61,200 nt of DNA. It comes from Phycisphaerae bacterium (GTDB taxonomy: Bacteria; Planctomycetota; Phycisphaerae; SM23-33). A model generated the notes under the pieces. That model saw only the letters and a list, made by a program, of their open reading frames with translations, was not told the origin of the DNA and did not search any database. The number at the start of each line of letters is the position of its first letter. Position 1 is the stretch's first letter. A program made the position numbers and the translations under genes. This document shows positions 29,828 through 40,200 of the stretch, one piece after another. The stretch lies in assembly GCA_003551645.1 (NCBI GenBank), contig PUND01000018.1, positions 1 to 61,200 on the forward strand, in the 5' to 3' direction.

Positions 29828-31108
29828 ATGGTCAGACGCCCCAACGGGACGTCCCTCACGCCGCGCCGCGTGGTGATCACCGGGCTTGGAACGGTGAACC
29901 CGCTCGGGCACGACGCCGACCGTTTCTGGCAGGCGCTGCTCGACGGGACAAGCGGCATCCGGAAGATCCAGAGGTTCGATCCGGAGCCGTTCACTTCGCG
30001 CATCGGCGGCGAGGTGCTGGACTGGGAATCCGTTCCGCCGGATATGCTTGATCCGCGCGAGAGCAAGCGGATGGACCGGTTCAGTCAGTTTGCCGTCGCC
30101 AGCGCCGTCGAGGCGGTGCGGGACAGCGGGCTGGATTTCGACAACGAGGACCCGGACCGCGCCGGCGTGATCGTCGGAAGCGGCATAGGCGGACTGCAGG
30201 AGCTGGAAGACCAGCACAACCGCATGATCGCCAAAGGTCCCGGACGGGTCAGCCCCTTCACCGTGCCCAAGCTCATGGGCAACGCCGCGGCCGGGAATAT
30301 ATCCATCCTGTGGGGCCTTCGCGGCCCGAACGCATCCGTGGCCACCGCGTGCGCCTCGGCCACCAACGCCATCGGTGAGGCCCTTCGCATGATACAGCGC
30401 GGCGATGTTGACATCATGGTCACCGGAGGTAGTGAAGCGGCGCTTACGCCCATAGGCCTGGCGAGCTTCTGTGCCCTGAAGGGGCTGTCCACCCGCAACG
30501 AGGATCCGAGCCGCGCATCCAGGCCGTGGGACAAGGACCGCGACGGATTCATACTCTCAGAGGGCGCCGGCGTGCTGGTGATTGAGACACTTGAGCACGC
30601 CCAGGCCCGCGACGCCCGAATATACGCCGAGCTGACCGGCTACGGATCCAGCGGCGATGGTTACCACATCACCGCCCCCCAGCCGGACGGCACCGGCGCC
30701 TGCATGGCGATGCAGCGTGCGCTTGATGACGCCCGGCTCAACGCCGAGGACGTCGGATACATCAACGCCCACGGGACAAGCACCATGCTGGGCGACGTAG
30801 CGGAGGTCAGGGCGGTCAAGAAGGTCTTCGGGCCTCACGCGACCGACCGGCTGGCCATATCCTCCACCAAAAGCGCGCACGGACACCTGCTGGGCGCATC
30901 AGGTGGTGTGGAGCTTATCGCGACCATCAAGACCATCACCGAGGGCGTTCTACCGCCGACGCTTAACCTCGATGAGCCGGATGAGAAATGCGACCTTGAC
31001 TTCGTGCCCCACACGCCGAGAGAGCAGAAGGTCGAGGCGGCCATGAGCAACAGTTTCGGCTTTGGCGGCCACAACGCCTGTCTCATCGTCAGACGCTTCA
31101 CCGGCTGA
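29828..31108 (+). CDS. fabF: Beta-ketoacyl-ACP synthase II
   Basis: RRVVITGLG, TACAS, NAHGTST, GHLLGA, SNSFGFGGHN. Confidence 0.96.
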   Translation: MVRRPNGTSLTPRRVVITGLGTVNPLGHDADRFWQALLDGTSGIRKIQRFDPEPFTSRIGGEVLDWESVPPDMLDPRESKRMDRFSQFAVASAVEAVRDSGLDFDNEDPDRAGVIVGSGIGGLQELEDQHNRMIAKGPGRVSPFTVPKLMGNAAAGNISILWGLRGPNASVATACASATNAIGEALRMIQRGDVDIMVTGGSEAALTPIGLASFCALKGLSTRNEDPSRASRPWDKDRDGFILSEGAGVLVIETLEHAQARDARIYAELTGYGSSGDGYHITAPQPDGTGACMAMQRALDDARLNAEDVGYINAHGTSTMLGDVAEVRAVKKVFGPHATDRLAISSTKSAHGHLLGASGGVELIATIKTITEGVLPPTLNLDEPDEKCDLDFVPHTPREQKVEAAMSNSFGFGGHNACLIVRRFTG

Positions 31109-31279
31109 GCCGGGCCCAACGCAGGCCGCCTTCGAAACAGGACAGCACGCGCGAGCGGAGGGGTGCATTTCAGGGCCTCATATCGAGCCGACAGGTCGCT
31201 GTATGCATCCGATAGCAAAAGTTTACTTTGGCAATCCCCGCCTTGCCATGTGCTAGTCTCTATCCGCTAGGCACCGTTC

Positions 31280-32362
31280 TCACCGCTGATAAATGGGCAA
31301 CTGCCTCAGCGGAACACTCAGGGAGAGCACGGCCATGGCCGTGGCGTAATTGGCCCCTGCCCTCTGTTCGCCGCCCGTCGTGGTCGGCCAGGAGCCGTCA
31401 TCCCGCTGATTAGGCAACACCAGGTCGTACATGTGCTCAGCCCACTGGACCCAGTAGTCGCCGCCGAGCTGAAACATGCCCTGCGAACAGTGGTATATCG
31501 CGTAGTAGAACCACAGCCCGCCGAAGGTGTCCGGAAGGTTCTGGAGTATCCAGTCTCCCGCGGCGGCGCACGCCTCGTCGCCGCGTCGGCCGCCCATCTT
31601 CAGACACAACAGGCCGGTGCCCGTTCGCGCAAGGCCGGGGCTTCCCGGACTACCCGGCATGTAAAGGAATCCACCGCTGGGATGCCGACAGTTCAGGACG
31701 AACCTGACGGCCTGTTCGATCGACTCCGCCGGGACCGGCGCTCCGTTGATCCTGGCCGACCGAAGCGCCATCATCGCCCAGCCGCTGCAGGATATATCGC
31801 TGTCCGTGCTGTCGGTCTGATATCGCCAGCCGCCCTGGTGGTCCTCTCGTTTCCGGACCTGCTGTGCCGACAGCAGCAGCCCGATGGCCTTCGGGAGCAC
31901 CTCGTCTATGCGTTGCTGCCTTTGCCGGTCAATGACCATCCCGGATACTTCGGTCAGCATCAGGGTCGAGATGGAATGGCTGTACATCGGCCCGTGAGAG
32001 GTCGCCGTGCCGAGGAGCATGCCATTCTCCTGGGCGTTGTCGAGGATGAAGTCGATTCCTCTGTCTATGACATCACCGTACGGCCCGGTTCCCGGCGTGT
32101 AGCCGCTGGCCAGGAACGCCATCACGCCCAAAGACACGATGCCCGTGTTTCCCTCCAGATGCGGAGCCGCCCAGGAGCCGTCCTCTTTCTGCTGTTCGGC
32201 CAGATATTCAAGCCCGTGGTCGATGGCCTCCTCCACGCGGCTTTCGTAGCGGGCAAGCTCGCGATGGGGCTTGTCGCCACCATCGTCGGCGGCAACCGTC
32301 GCCGGCAAGACAGCGGCCACCACGGCCGCAACAGCAACTCGATATATCCTGTAACTATTCAT
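31280..32362 (-). CDS. Secreted prenyltransferase/squalene-oxidase-repeat (alpha/alpha barrel) protein, copy 2
   Basis: Signal peptide; QW-type repeats (QKEDGSW, QGGWRY, QRDDGSW); C-terminal LPIYQR; near-identical to 32497-33585. Confidence 0.85.
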   Translation of the reverse strand: MNSYRIYRVAVAAVVAAVLPATVAADDGGDKPHRELARYESRVEEAIDHGLEYLAEQQKEDGSWAAPHLEGNTGIVSLGVMAFLASGYTPGTGPYGDVIDRGIDFILDNAQENGMLLGTATSHGPMYSHSISTLMLTEVSGMVIDRQRQQRIDEVLPKAIGLLLSAQQVRKREDHQGGWRYQTDSTDSDISCSGWAMMALRSARINGAPVPAESIEQAVRFVLNCRHPSGGFLYMPGSPGSPGLARTGTGLLCLKMGGRRGDEACAAAGDWILQNLPDTFGGLWFYYAIYHCSQGMFQLGGDYWVQWAEHMYDLVLPNQRDDGSWPTTTGGEQRAGANYATAMAVLSLSVPLRQLPIYQR

Positions 32363-32450
32363 CTGCCAGCTCCGGTGTACGCTCGCTCCGATCGTCGCCG
32401 CTGACGCCTCGTAGGCATCTGCGAAAAGGTCCAAGTCGAACCATGGTTTA
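32355..32450 (-). pseudogene. Internally deleted remnant of the 3' end of the 33578-37243 gene
   Basis: Encodes KPWFDLDLFADAYEASAA (cf. EPWFDSDLMAEAYEAAAA at ~33980-34033), then in another frame RSERTPELADE* (cf. RSERTPEQEDE*). Confidence 0.8.
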
Positions 32451-32496
32451 TCGCCGGCTTACCTCCCGGATTGCTTAACGTTCACGCCCTCGAACT

Positions 32497-33585
32497 TCAT
32501 CGCTGATAAATGGGCAACTGTCTCAGCGGAACACTCAGGGAGAGCACGGCCATGGCCGTGGTGTAATTAGGCCCTGCCCACTGCTCGCCGCCCATCCCGG
32601 TCGGCCAGGAGCCGTCATCCCGCTGATTAGGCAACATCAGGTCGTACATGCGCTCAGCCCACTGGACCCAGTAGTCGCCGCCGAGCTGAAACATACCTTG
32701 CGAACAGTGGTATATGCCGTAGTAGAACCACAGCCCGCGGAAGGCGTCCGGAAGGTTCTGGAGTATCCAGTCTCCCGCGGCGGCGCAGGCCTCGTCGCCG
32801 TGTCGGCCGCCCATCTTCAGGCACAACAGCCCGGTGCCCGTTCGCGCAAGGCCGGGTCCTCCCGGACTACCCGGCATGTAAACGAATCCACCGCTGGGAT
32901 GCCGACAGTTCAGGACGAATCTGACGGCCTGTTCGATCGACTCCGCCGGGACCGGCGCTCCGTTGATCCTGGCCGACCGAAGCGCCATCATCGCCCAGCC
33001 GCTGACTGTTATATCGCTGTCAGTGCTGTTGGTCTGATATCGCCAGCCGCCCTGGTGGCCATCTGGTTTCTGGACCTGCTGAGCCGACAGCAGCAGCCCG
33101 ATGGCCTTCGGGAGCACCTCGTCTATGCGTTGCTGCCTTCGCCGGTCAATGACCATCCCGGATACTTCCGTCAGCATCAGAGTCGAGATGGAATGGCTGT
33201 ACATCGTCCTTTGAGAGGTCTCCGTGCCGATGAGCATGCCATTTTCCTCGGCGTTGTCGAGGATGAAGTCGATTCCTCTGTCTATGACATCACCGTACGG
33301 TCCTGTCCCCGGCGTATAGCCGCTGGCCAGAAACGCCATCACGCACAAAGACACGATGCCCGTGTTTCGCTGCATGTGCGTGTGCGGAGCCGGCCAGGAG
33401 CCGTCCTCATTCTGTTGCCCGGCCAGATACTCAAGCCCGCGGTCGATGGCCTCCTCCACGCGGCTTTCGTAGCGGGCAAGCTCGCGATGGGGCTTGTCGC
33501 CACCATCGTCGGCGGCAGCCGTCGCCGGCAAGACAGCGGCCACCACGGCCGCGACAAAAAACCGATATGTCCTGTGGCTATTCAT
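32497..33585 (-). CDS. Secreted prenyltransferase/squalene-oxidase-repeat (alpha/alpha barrel) protein, copy 1
   Basis: Same motifs as copy 2; start overlaps the stop of the upstream large gene. Confidence 0.85.
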   Translation of the reverse strand: MNSHRTYRFFVAAVVAAVLPATAAADDGGDKPHRELARYESRVEEAIDRGLEYLAGQQNEDGSWPAPHTHMQRNTGIVSLCVMAFLASGYTPGTGPYGDVIDRGIDFILDNAEENGMLIGTETSQRTMYSHSISTLMLTEVSGMVIDRRRQQRIDEVLPKAIGLLLSAQQVQKPDGHQGGWRYQTNSTDSDITVSGWAMMALRSARINGAPVPAESIEQAVRFVLNCRHPSGGFVYMPGSPGGPGLARTGTGLLCLKMGGRHGDEACAAAGDWILQNLPDAFRGLWFYYGIYHCSQGMFQLGGDYWVQWAERMYDLMLPNQRDDGSWPTGMGGEQWAGPNYTTAMAVLSLSVPLRQLPIYQR

Positions 33586-36500
33586 CTTCCTGCTCCGGCG
33601 TCCGCTCGCTCCGGCCGGTCCGGCGGGCGAGTTCGCGGAAATACCTGGATATCAGTTCCCGGTATTCCTCCGGCGCGGTGGTCTCGTGGGCGTGCAGGAC
33701 GCGTCGCTGCAGATCCCCCGGCAGCCGTGCCCAGTCGTCGGCCGACATGCCCAGATCACTGAGCATTTGGTCGGTGAGTATCACCGGCATCTCGCCGGCT
33801 CCAAACAGTGACTGCTGGCCCTCTTCGTCGCCGCCGGGCATCGGCACCAACATGGCCATGCTGGGCATCTGCTGCGGCTGCAGGCCCATCGCCATCGCCT
33901 GGTCCATTGCCTGACCCACCAGCGCCTGAAGATATTCCGCCGCCTGGGCCGCATCGGACTGGCTTGCCTGCTCGGCCGCCGCCGCTGCCGCCTCGTAGGC
34001 CTCGGCCATAAGGTCCGAGTCGAACCAGGGCTCTTGTTGGTCGGCCGCCGCCTCCGCCATCTCCTCGCGGAGCTCGGCAAGCTCGTCGCCGAGCTGCTCC
34101 AGCGCGTCGGCGGCCGCGTCAAGTTCATCGGAGGCCTGTTTCTGATGGCCGACCGCCCGGTCCGCGCGCCGCCGCGTTAGACGGTCCAGCGAACTGTCCT
34201 GTTCTTGCAAGGCCCGATACACGTGCTCTTTCGCTTCCGCCGCCAGTTGCCGCATGTCTTCTTCCGGCAGCAGGTCCGTCGCGTGCCGGTCCAGCAGCGC
34301 CACATCCGCGTGAAGCTCCCCGGTGTCCTCGGCTAGGGCTTGTTGTCTGGTCTCAAGCAGCGCCTCCGGGTCGTCCTCGCCAAGGGCCGCAAGCTCATCG
34401 GCCGCACGTCGCTGCCGGCGCGCAAGCAGATGCAACTGTTCCGCCAGGGCCTCACGTTGCTGCTGGCGCGCCATCTCACGGAACATTTCCGCCAATTCCG
34501 GGGGCAATTGATCTGACGAGTCGGTATCCTCATCCTCATCCGGCTCGCCGGCAACGTCGGCCTGCTCATCCGGCGGCTCGGCGGTGGAAGTATCCTCCTC
34601 TGCTGGCGCCGCATCGCCGCTGAGGCGCTCGGCAAGCTCAGAGAGCTTCTCGGCAGCGGCCGCTGACCGCTCCGCCGCCTCGGACCGGTTTTCAGACTCA
34701 ATGCTTTCAACCGCGTCCGTTATTGCCCTGGCGGCGCGGGTCTGGAGTCGATCCGTTTGCGGGAACTCGCTCTCGAGCACATCAGCCAATTCGGCCGCCT
34801 CGCCGGCAAGATCCTCGTGCTCACTCTGAATGCGCCGCCTCTCAATGTTGACGAAGGCCGACCGAAGCTCGCGTCGGCTACGCTCCGGTTCGTCTTGCTG
34901 ATGTTCTTCGTCCTGGGCGCCGTGGTCTTCGCGCAATTTGCCGGCGAACTCGGTCTTTTCGGCCAGTTTCCGCTGACGGGCCGCAAGCTCGCGCGCTCGT
35001 TCGGCCAGCGTGCGGCTGCGTTGCTCGTCCCGCTGGGCCAGCTCCGCAAGAGCCGACTCCATCTCGCTCATCATCTCTGCTATCTGCGACGCCACCTCGC
35101 TCTGGTCTTGCGTCCACTGCTCAGGGCTTAGCATCATATCGCCGTCGGCCTCTTCAGCGGCCGACGCCTCATCCCAGTCAACGTCCGCCTCGGCCAGTTC
35201 CTCCTCCCACTGCGCAAGGTCCTGAAGTGCCTGCAGTTGCTGCATAAGTTCCGCCATGGCGGTGAACTGCTCAAGCAGGTCCTCGACTTTCTGCTCGGCG
35301 AGGGCCGTGTGGTCATCGCCCTCTTCGGCCAGGTCCGCCCAAAGCTGCGGTTCGTCCGAAAGCTGTATCTCGAGCAGCAATTCAGAGGCCCTGGTCACGT
35401 GCGACTGGTCCACATCCGCGACCGTCTCCGCGAGGACATCGAATACGCCGTCGGCAAGGTCCTCCGCCAGGTCGCCCAGCTCCTCTGAGGCGTCTCCCAG
35501 GTGTTGCCGTGCTTCCTCGATTTTCTCGCCCATCGGCTCGGTAAGCTCGGTCGCCTCGGATGTTTCATCGCGCAGCGGCTTGCTGTGCTCTCGCGCCTGG
35601 CGCAACTGCTCCAATGCCTGCTCGAGGGATTCGCTGATATTGAGCATCTCGGCAAGCAGCGCCTGTTCATCGTAGGTATCCGCATCGTCTTCCAGTCGCA
35701 CCGTGACCGGACGCGAGCGGCCCTTCTGCGGGCCTCCAAGCTCGGCCGGCAGAGTGTCCAGAGCTACCAGGTGAAAGGTCAGCTCTCTCACCTCCTTAAA
35801 CTCAGGATCACTCAGCTTCAGGGCGGTCCGGTCGCTGTGGCGGGGGGCGGGTGATTCGGGCTGGTAAATGGTTCGCGGCTCCATCTGCTTGCCGTCGGCA
35901 CGGATGTGAAGCTCCACCGCCGCTATGCCGAAATCGTCCGCCGCATCGAACGTCACCGGCAGATCGCTGCGGCGTGATACCTCAATCTCGCTCTCGGCCG
36001 GGTCGTTCAGGCGGATGCGAGGCGCCGCATCCGCCACCGCCTCCACGCGTCGCGACAGCGGCCGTGAAACCAGACCGTGCTCGTCGGTAAGCTCCAGCGA
36101 CCAGCGGTCGTCCAACCCGGATTTCAGCTCCATCTCGAACGACACGCTCGAAGTGTCCGCATCCTCAAGCAGAGTCCGGCTAGTGTCGCCCACGGCCAGA
36201 ACGGCCGAGCTTATCGGTTTGTTGAACGTGGCGTCCACGGTTACGGTCGTGCCGGTGACGGCGGATATATCGCCCGATGCGTCAGTGCGGATCTCATCCT
36301 CGCGGGCGGTGTAGGCAGGGTAGCGGAAGGTCAGATCGATGCTCTCGACCGCCGGCCGCTCGGTAACGTCCACACGGAAGTACCTGCTCAGCGCATCGCC
36401 GGCATGTACGCGATAGCGGAACCCCTCCTGAACGTCAGGGATGGTCAGGACGAATCTGCGGGTCCCTTCCTCGTCCGTCGGCATCGCAGTCATTGCCATG

Positions 36501-37243
36501 GGCGTTTCGGTCTGTCCGTCGCGTACCATGCGCAAAGAACTCCGGCGAACGGGGACGCTGTCCACCTCGACCTCGACACCGAACGATTCACCCGCCGGTA
36601 CCACCACATCCCGGCCGGGCGAGATGCGAAGGTCGCCCGCGGCGATATTCGGCAGGTTCGCGTGCGGGGCGACGGCGCGCGCGAGCAGACGCCGGGCCTG
36701 TCCGGGCCAGGCCGTCAACAGTACCAAAAGCACGGCCGCCAGCGACGCGGCCGCAATCGCTACCGGACGAAGCGACCGCAGCGTCACCTCTCGCTGGGGC
36801 TGGAGCGAGCGGACGTCGTCGGCCGCCCTGGCCGAAAGCGCCGATATCAGGGTCTCCGAGCCGCGCAGGGGTTCGTCGTCACGGCTGGTCAGAAGCTCGA
36901 CCGCTGAGCTTACACGCTCCTGCAACTCGGGGTGTCGCAGCTCGACCGCACGGGCGACGCCGGTAAGCGTAAAGCTCCTGGCAAGGGGCCGGACCAGCAA
37001 AAACAGCGCGGCCATGACCGTCGCTGTGCCGGCCGACAGAGTAAGTGCCCAGCGGATGCGCGGGGAGAAAAGAGTAACCCAGGCATCGATCGCCATCACC
37101 ACCAGCAGCGCCCCCACGGCGACCGCGGTCACCGCCAGCAGGCCGCGCAACAAAATGACCACCCTCAGCCGTCGGATGAGCCGGCGGAGCTTTTGTTCGA
37201 TTGTCGGCGGAACGCCGTCACGATGCAGTGCGCTGTCGGTCAT
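33578..37243 (-). CDS. Large membrane-anchored protein with beta-rich domains and a long acidic coiled coil (DUF4175-like)
   Basis: 3 N-terminal TM helices, L.ERV.SA, F.YPAYT, DDFG motifs, E/Q/A-rich helical region, C-terminal W..LP...PEEYRELISRYFREL. Confidence 0.7.
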   Translation of the reverse strand: MTDSALHRDGVPPTIEQKLRRLIRRLRVVILLRGLLAVTAVAVGALLVVMAIDAWVTLFSPRIRWALTLSAGTATVMAALFLLVRPLARSFTLTGVARAVELRHPELQERVSSAVELLTSRDDEPLRGSETLISALSARAADDVRSLQPQREVTLRSLRPVAIAAASLAAVLLVLLTAWPGQARRLLARAVAPHANLPNIAAGDLRISPGRDVVVPAGESFGVEVEVDSVPVRRSSLRMVRDGQTETPMAMTAMPTDEEGTRRFVLTIPDVQEGFRYRVHAGDALSRYFRVDVTERPAVESIDLTFRYPAYTAREDEIRTDASGDISAVTGTTVTVDATFNKPISSAVLAVGDTSRTLLEDADTSSVSFEMELKSGLDDRWSLELTDEHGLVSRPLSRRVEAVADAAPRIRLNDPAESEIEVSRRSDLPVTFDAADDFGIAAVELHIRADGKQMEPRTIYQPESPAPRHSDRTALKLSDPEFKEVRELTFHLVALDTLPAELGGPQKGRSRPVTVRLEDDADTYDEQALLAEMLNISESLEQALEQLRQAREHSKPLRDETSEATELTEPMGEKIEEARQHLGDASEELGDLAEDLADGVFDVLAETVADVDQSHVTRASELLLEIQLSDEPQLWADLAEEGDDHTALAEQKVEDLLEQFTAMAELMQQLQALQDLAQWEEELAEADVDWDEASAAEEADGDMMLSPEQWTQDQSEVASQIAEMMSEMESALAELAQRDEQRSRTLAERARELAARQRKLAEKTEFAGKLREDHGAQDEEHQQDEPERSRRELRSAFVNIERRRIQSEHEDLAGEAAELADVLESEFPQTDRLQTRAARAITDAVESIESENRSEAAERSAAAAEKLSELAERLSGDAAPAEEDTSTAEPPDEQADVAGEPDEDEDTDSSDQLPPELAEMFREMARQQQREALAEQLHLLARRQRRAADELAALGEDDPEALLETRQQALAEDTGELHADVALLDRHATDLLPEEDMRQLAAEAKEHVYRALQEQDSSLDRLTRRRADRAVGHQKQASDELDAAADALEQLGDELAELREEMAEAAADQQEPWFDSDLMAEAYEAAAAAAEQASQSDAAQAAEYLQALVGQAMDQAMAMGLQPQQMPSMAMLVPMPGGDEEGQQSLFGAGEMPVILTDQMLSDLGMSADDWARLPGDLQRRVLHAHETTAPEEYRELISRYFRELARRTGRSERTPEQEDE

Positions 37244-40200
37244 GGCAAATGCTCCTTTTTTCGTATCAACCACTCTGCCGTCGCCACCCCAATAACGATG
37301 ATCAGCGCCGGCCAGGAGTCCCACAACGAATAGTCACGCCGCTGCACGCGAACTATTTCCGGCTCGCCGAGCACGTCCGTGACCCTTTCAGCCAGGTGAG
37401 CTCCGACCGCCACGCCGCCGGAGGCCTCCGCCATGCGCCGGGCCAGGGAGAAATCGGGCTTAAGCTCGATCTGCTCTCGGTCGGCCGCCGGGTCCACGGA
37501 TATATCCATCGCCACCTTTTCAACGCCTTCGGCCTCCAATCGTTCTTGCACCGCCGGGGCGTCCAGCTCCAGCCGATACACGCCTCCCGGGGGCGGCTCG
37601 AACTCGGCGGCGTAGGTTCCGGGACTGCCGGTAAGCGGGTGCAGCCCGGTTCGCAGGACCGACTTGCCATCCTCGTCGAATAGGTTTACACCCACGCGGT
37701 CGGTAACAAGCGGTGAATCGCCGGCGTCCAGCAGTCTGGCGCGAACCCTTACCGGGGTGCGCGCCGCGTATCGCGTACGATCCGTGCCGAGCCGGGCGAA
37801 GTCCACGCCCACCGGAAGACTCTGCCTGCCGGCCCACTGCACCACCTGCGACCAGAACCGGTGATGGCGGGCGTCGCCGGCTCGGTAGCGCAGCCGCCAG
37901 GTCCGGTCGAAACCCATAAACATCGCCCGGCCCATACCTGTATCATGATATGCAACGAGTGCGTGTCTTCGCTGGTGTCGGGTCGAAGAACCGCCGGAGG
38001 TCTCGTAATCCTGCCCGCCCGTTCCCTCGGCCTCCGGCGCGTCGGGTGTGCGGGCGTAAGCCAGCACCTTCGCGGCCGGTTTGGCCTCGGTTATCGGAAA
38101 CCGCCAGTGCAGCTCCGGAAGCTCCCGCCATATCTCCGCGCCGGATTCCGGGTCGTCGGCCTGCCTCATCATCGGATGGTCAAGCCCGGTGTCGGTCAAT
38201 TCCAGTCGATAGGCGTCTTCCGGCGCCCCGGCCGTGTCGTCAAGGGCCTCGAAAGTTACCGGCATAAGATCGGCCAATTCGGTCCCGCTCCAGGCGTGCG
38301 GCATGTGGTGCGGGCCTGCGACGACCACCAGGGACTTGCCCATATCACTGACAAAATCCTCCAGCGCCCGACGGTCGGCGTCGGAGAGCATCTCCGGGGC
38401 GACGTCGCCGAGAATGACCACGTCGAACTTCATCCATTCCTCGAAGCTCTCCGGCGTGGCGGTGGCGCCGGGGCTGTCTTCGGGCCTGGATACGGAGGCC
38501 GGGATTACCGGTGTTCCGTCCTGGCCATGCACGCGGTCCGGTTGAAGCAGGACATATTGCAGCCGCACCGATGGGTCGCGGTCGGTGAAGAGGTTCCTCA
38601 GATAACGGAACTCCCAGCGGGGCCGACCCTCCAGCAGCAGTACTTTGGTCGGTTCATCGGTAACGGCAACGCTGAATTCGTATTCGTTGTTCTCGGCGAA
38701 GGCCTCCTGCTCAAAGCGTTCCACCACCACTCGATAATCGACCGAGCCGGTCTGTTCGGGGGTATCGGTCAGCCGCACGCGCATCCGCGCCTCCCGCGAC
38801 TCCGGGGTCACGACCTTTTCATCACACAATCGCCCCTCGCTGAAAAGCGACACCGTCACCCGCCTGCCGGCGAGGCCGTCCAGCTTCAAATCGGCGGTCA
38901 CTTGCACCTTGTCGGATTCGTGGATGGTCTCCGGCGCTTCCACGCCGACGACGGCGGCGTCGCGAGGCGGATACCGGCCGCCGAGCACCACCGAGCTTAC
39001 CGGAACACCGCCCAGACCCAGTCGTCCGGCGATCTCTTCCGGCTCGCCCGGTGTGTTATGCCGTCCGTCGGTAAGCAGGATAATGCCGGCAAGGTCCTCG
39101 GCCGGAATCTCCGCCGCGACTCGTGAAAGGGCGCTTGCGATATCCGTCCCTCCGGCATCGTCCGGCGGCTCCTCCTGGGACAGGGCGTCGTCGTCGATGC
39201 GCAGCTTGGCGATCGAGGCCGGCTCGATATCGTCGCCGAACTGATACGCCCTGACGCGGTAACGGTGATCGATTGTATTCAGCAGTGATGTGCCTCGGCG
39301 GCCTTCGTCGTGGTCGGGGCGTCTGTTAAGCGCGGCCAGCGCCTGCTCGCGTCGCGTACGCGCCCTCGCCGCGGCCCTCATCCGCGACTGCTGCTGCTGC
39401 GACAGTGACCGATAAAAGGCGGTGTCAAGCTCATCCGCCAGCCGGCGGGACAACCCGGCGGATTGCTCAAGCTCTCCCGCGGCGTTGCGGATCGCTTCTA
39501 TAAGCTCCTCGGCCGGGGCGTCAGCGACGGTCCGGCCCGAGTCGGCTATCTCGGCGGCTTGTTCGAGACGGTCCCGGCCTTGTACAGCCAGCCGGGAGCG
39601 CAGGTCCGCCAGCGACGTTTGAGTGTCGGAGTCCAGCTCCAGCAGCCCGTCGATCGGCTCGGCCACCGCGTCCATCTGTTCGGCTACGTCTTCGCGCATG
39701 CGCTGAAGCGTCTCGCCCAGGGCCTGTCCACGGTCGCCGAGCGGGTCCGAGTCCGGTCCCGCCGCCCGCATGCGTGCCGACAGCGTTTCGTCCAGGTCGG
39801 CAAGCTCGCGGGCGATCTCAGACAGCCGTTCGGAGACGGTCTCCAGCCGGTACGGGCGGCTAACGTCCATGTCCGCCACGACCTCGGCCAGCCGCACGGT
39901 TTCGGCTTCGGTCAGCGCCGTGTCGCGGATGTGCATGGAGCCGGAATTGTCGATAAGTATCGCCACGCTCCTTCGTCGCCGGTCGGTCCGCGAGGTGGAT
40001 AGTACCGGCTGGGCGAGCATAGCGACCACTATCAGCACCAGTGCGATGCGAAGCCAGGTTGCAGCCGTGCCGCCCCGGCCGCCGGCGATGCGGCGCTCCA
40101 GGGAGTACAACGCGACAACCGCCTCGACGGCGATGGCCCCGACAATCGCAAGCAGCCACAACGGCCAGGGCGTCACCGGGACCACGACGCGTTGTGCCGC

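Noticed and set aside
25496-31108. Type II PKS or secondary-metabolite cluster
   Set aside because: Canonical rpmF-plsX-fabH-fabD-fabG-acpP-fabF order of primary fatty-acid synthesis.
31225-31260. Promoter-like TTGGCA..TGTGCTAGTCT pointing antisense into the barrel gene
   Set aside because: Spacing is imperfect and no downstream plus-strand gene exists; it could be a relic but is unsupported.
31280-33585. Squalene-hopene cyclase or terpene biosynthesis call
   Set aside because: Single-barrel size, signal peptide and no DxDD catalytic motif.
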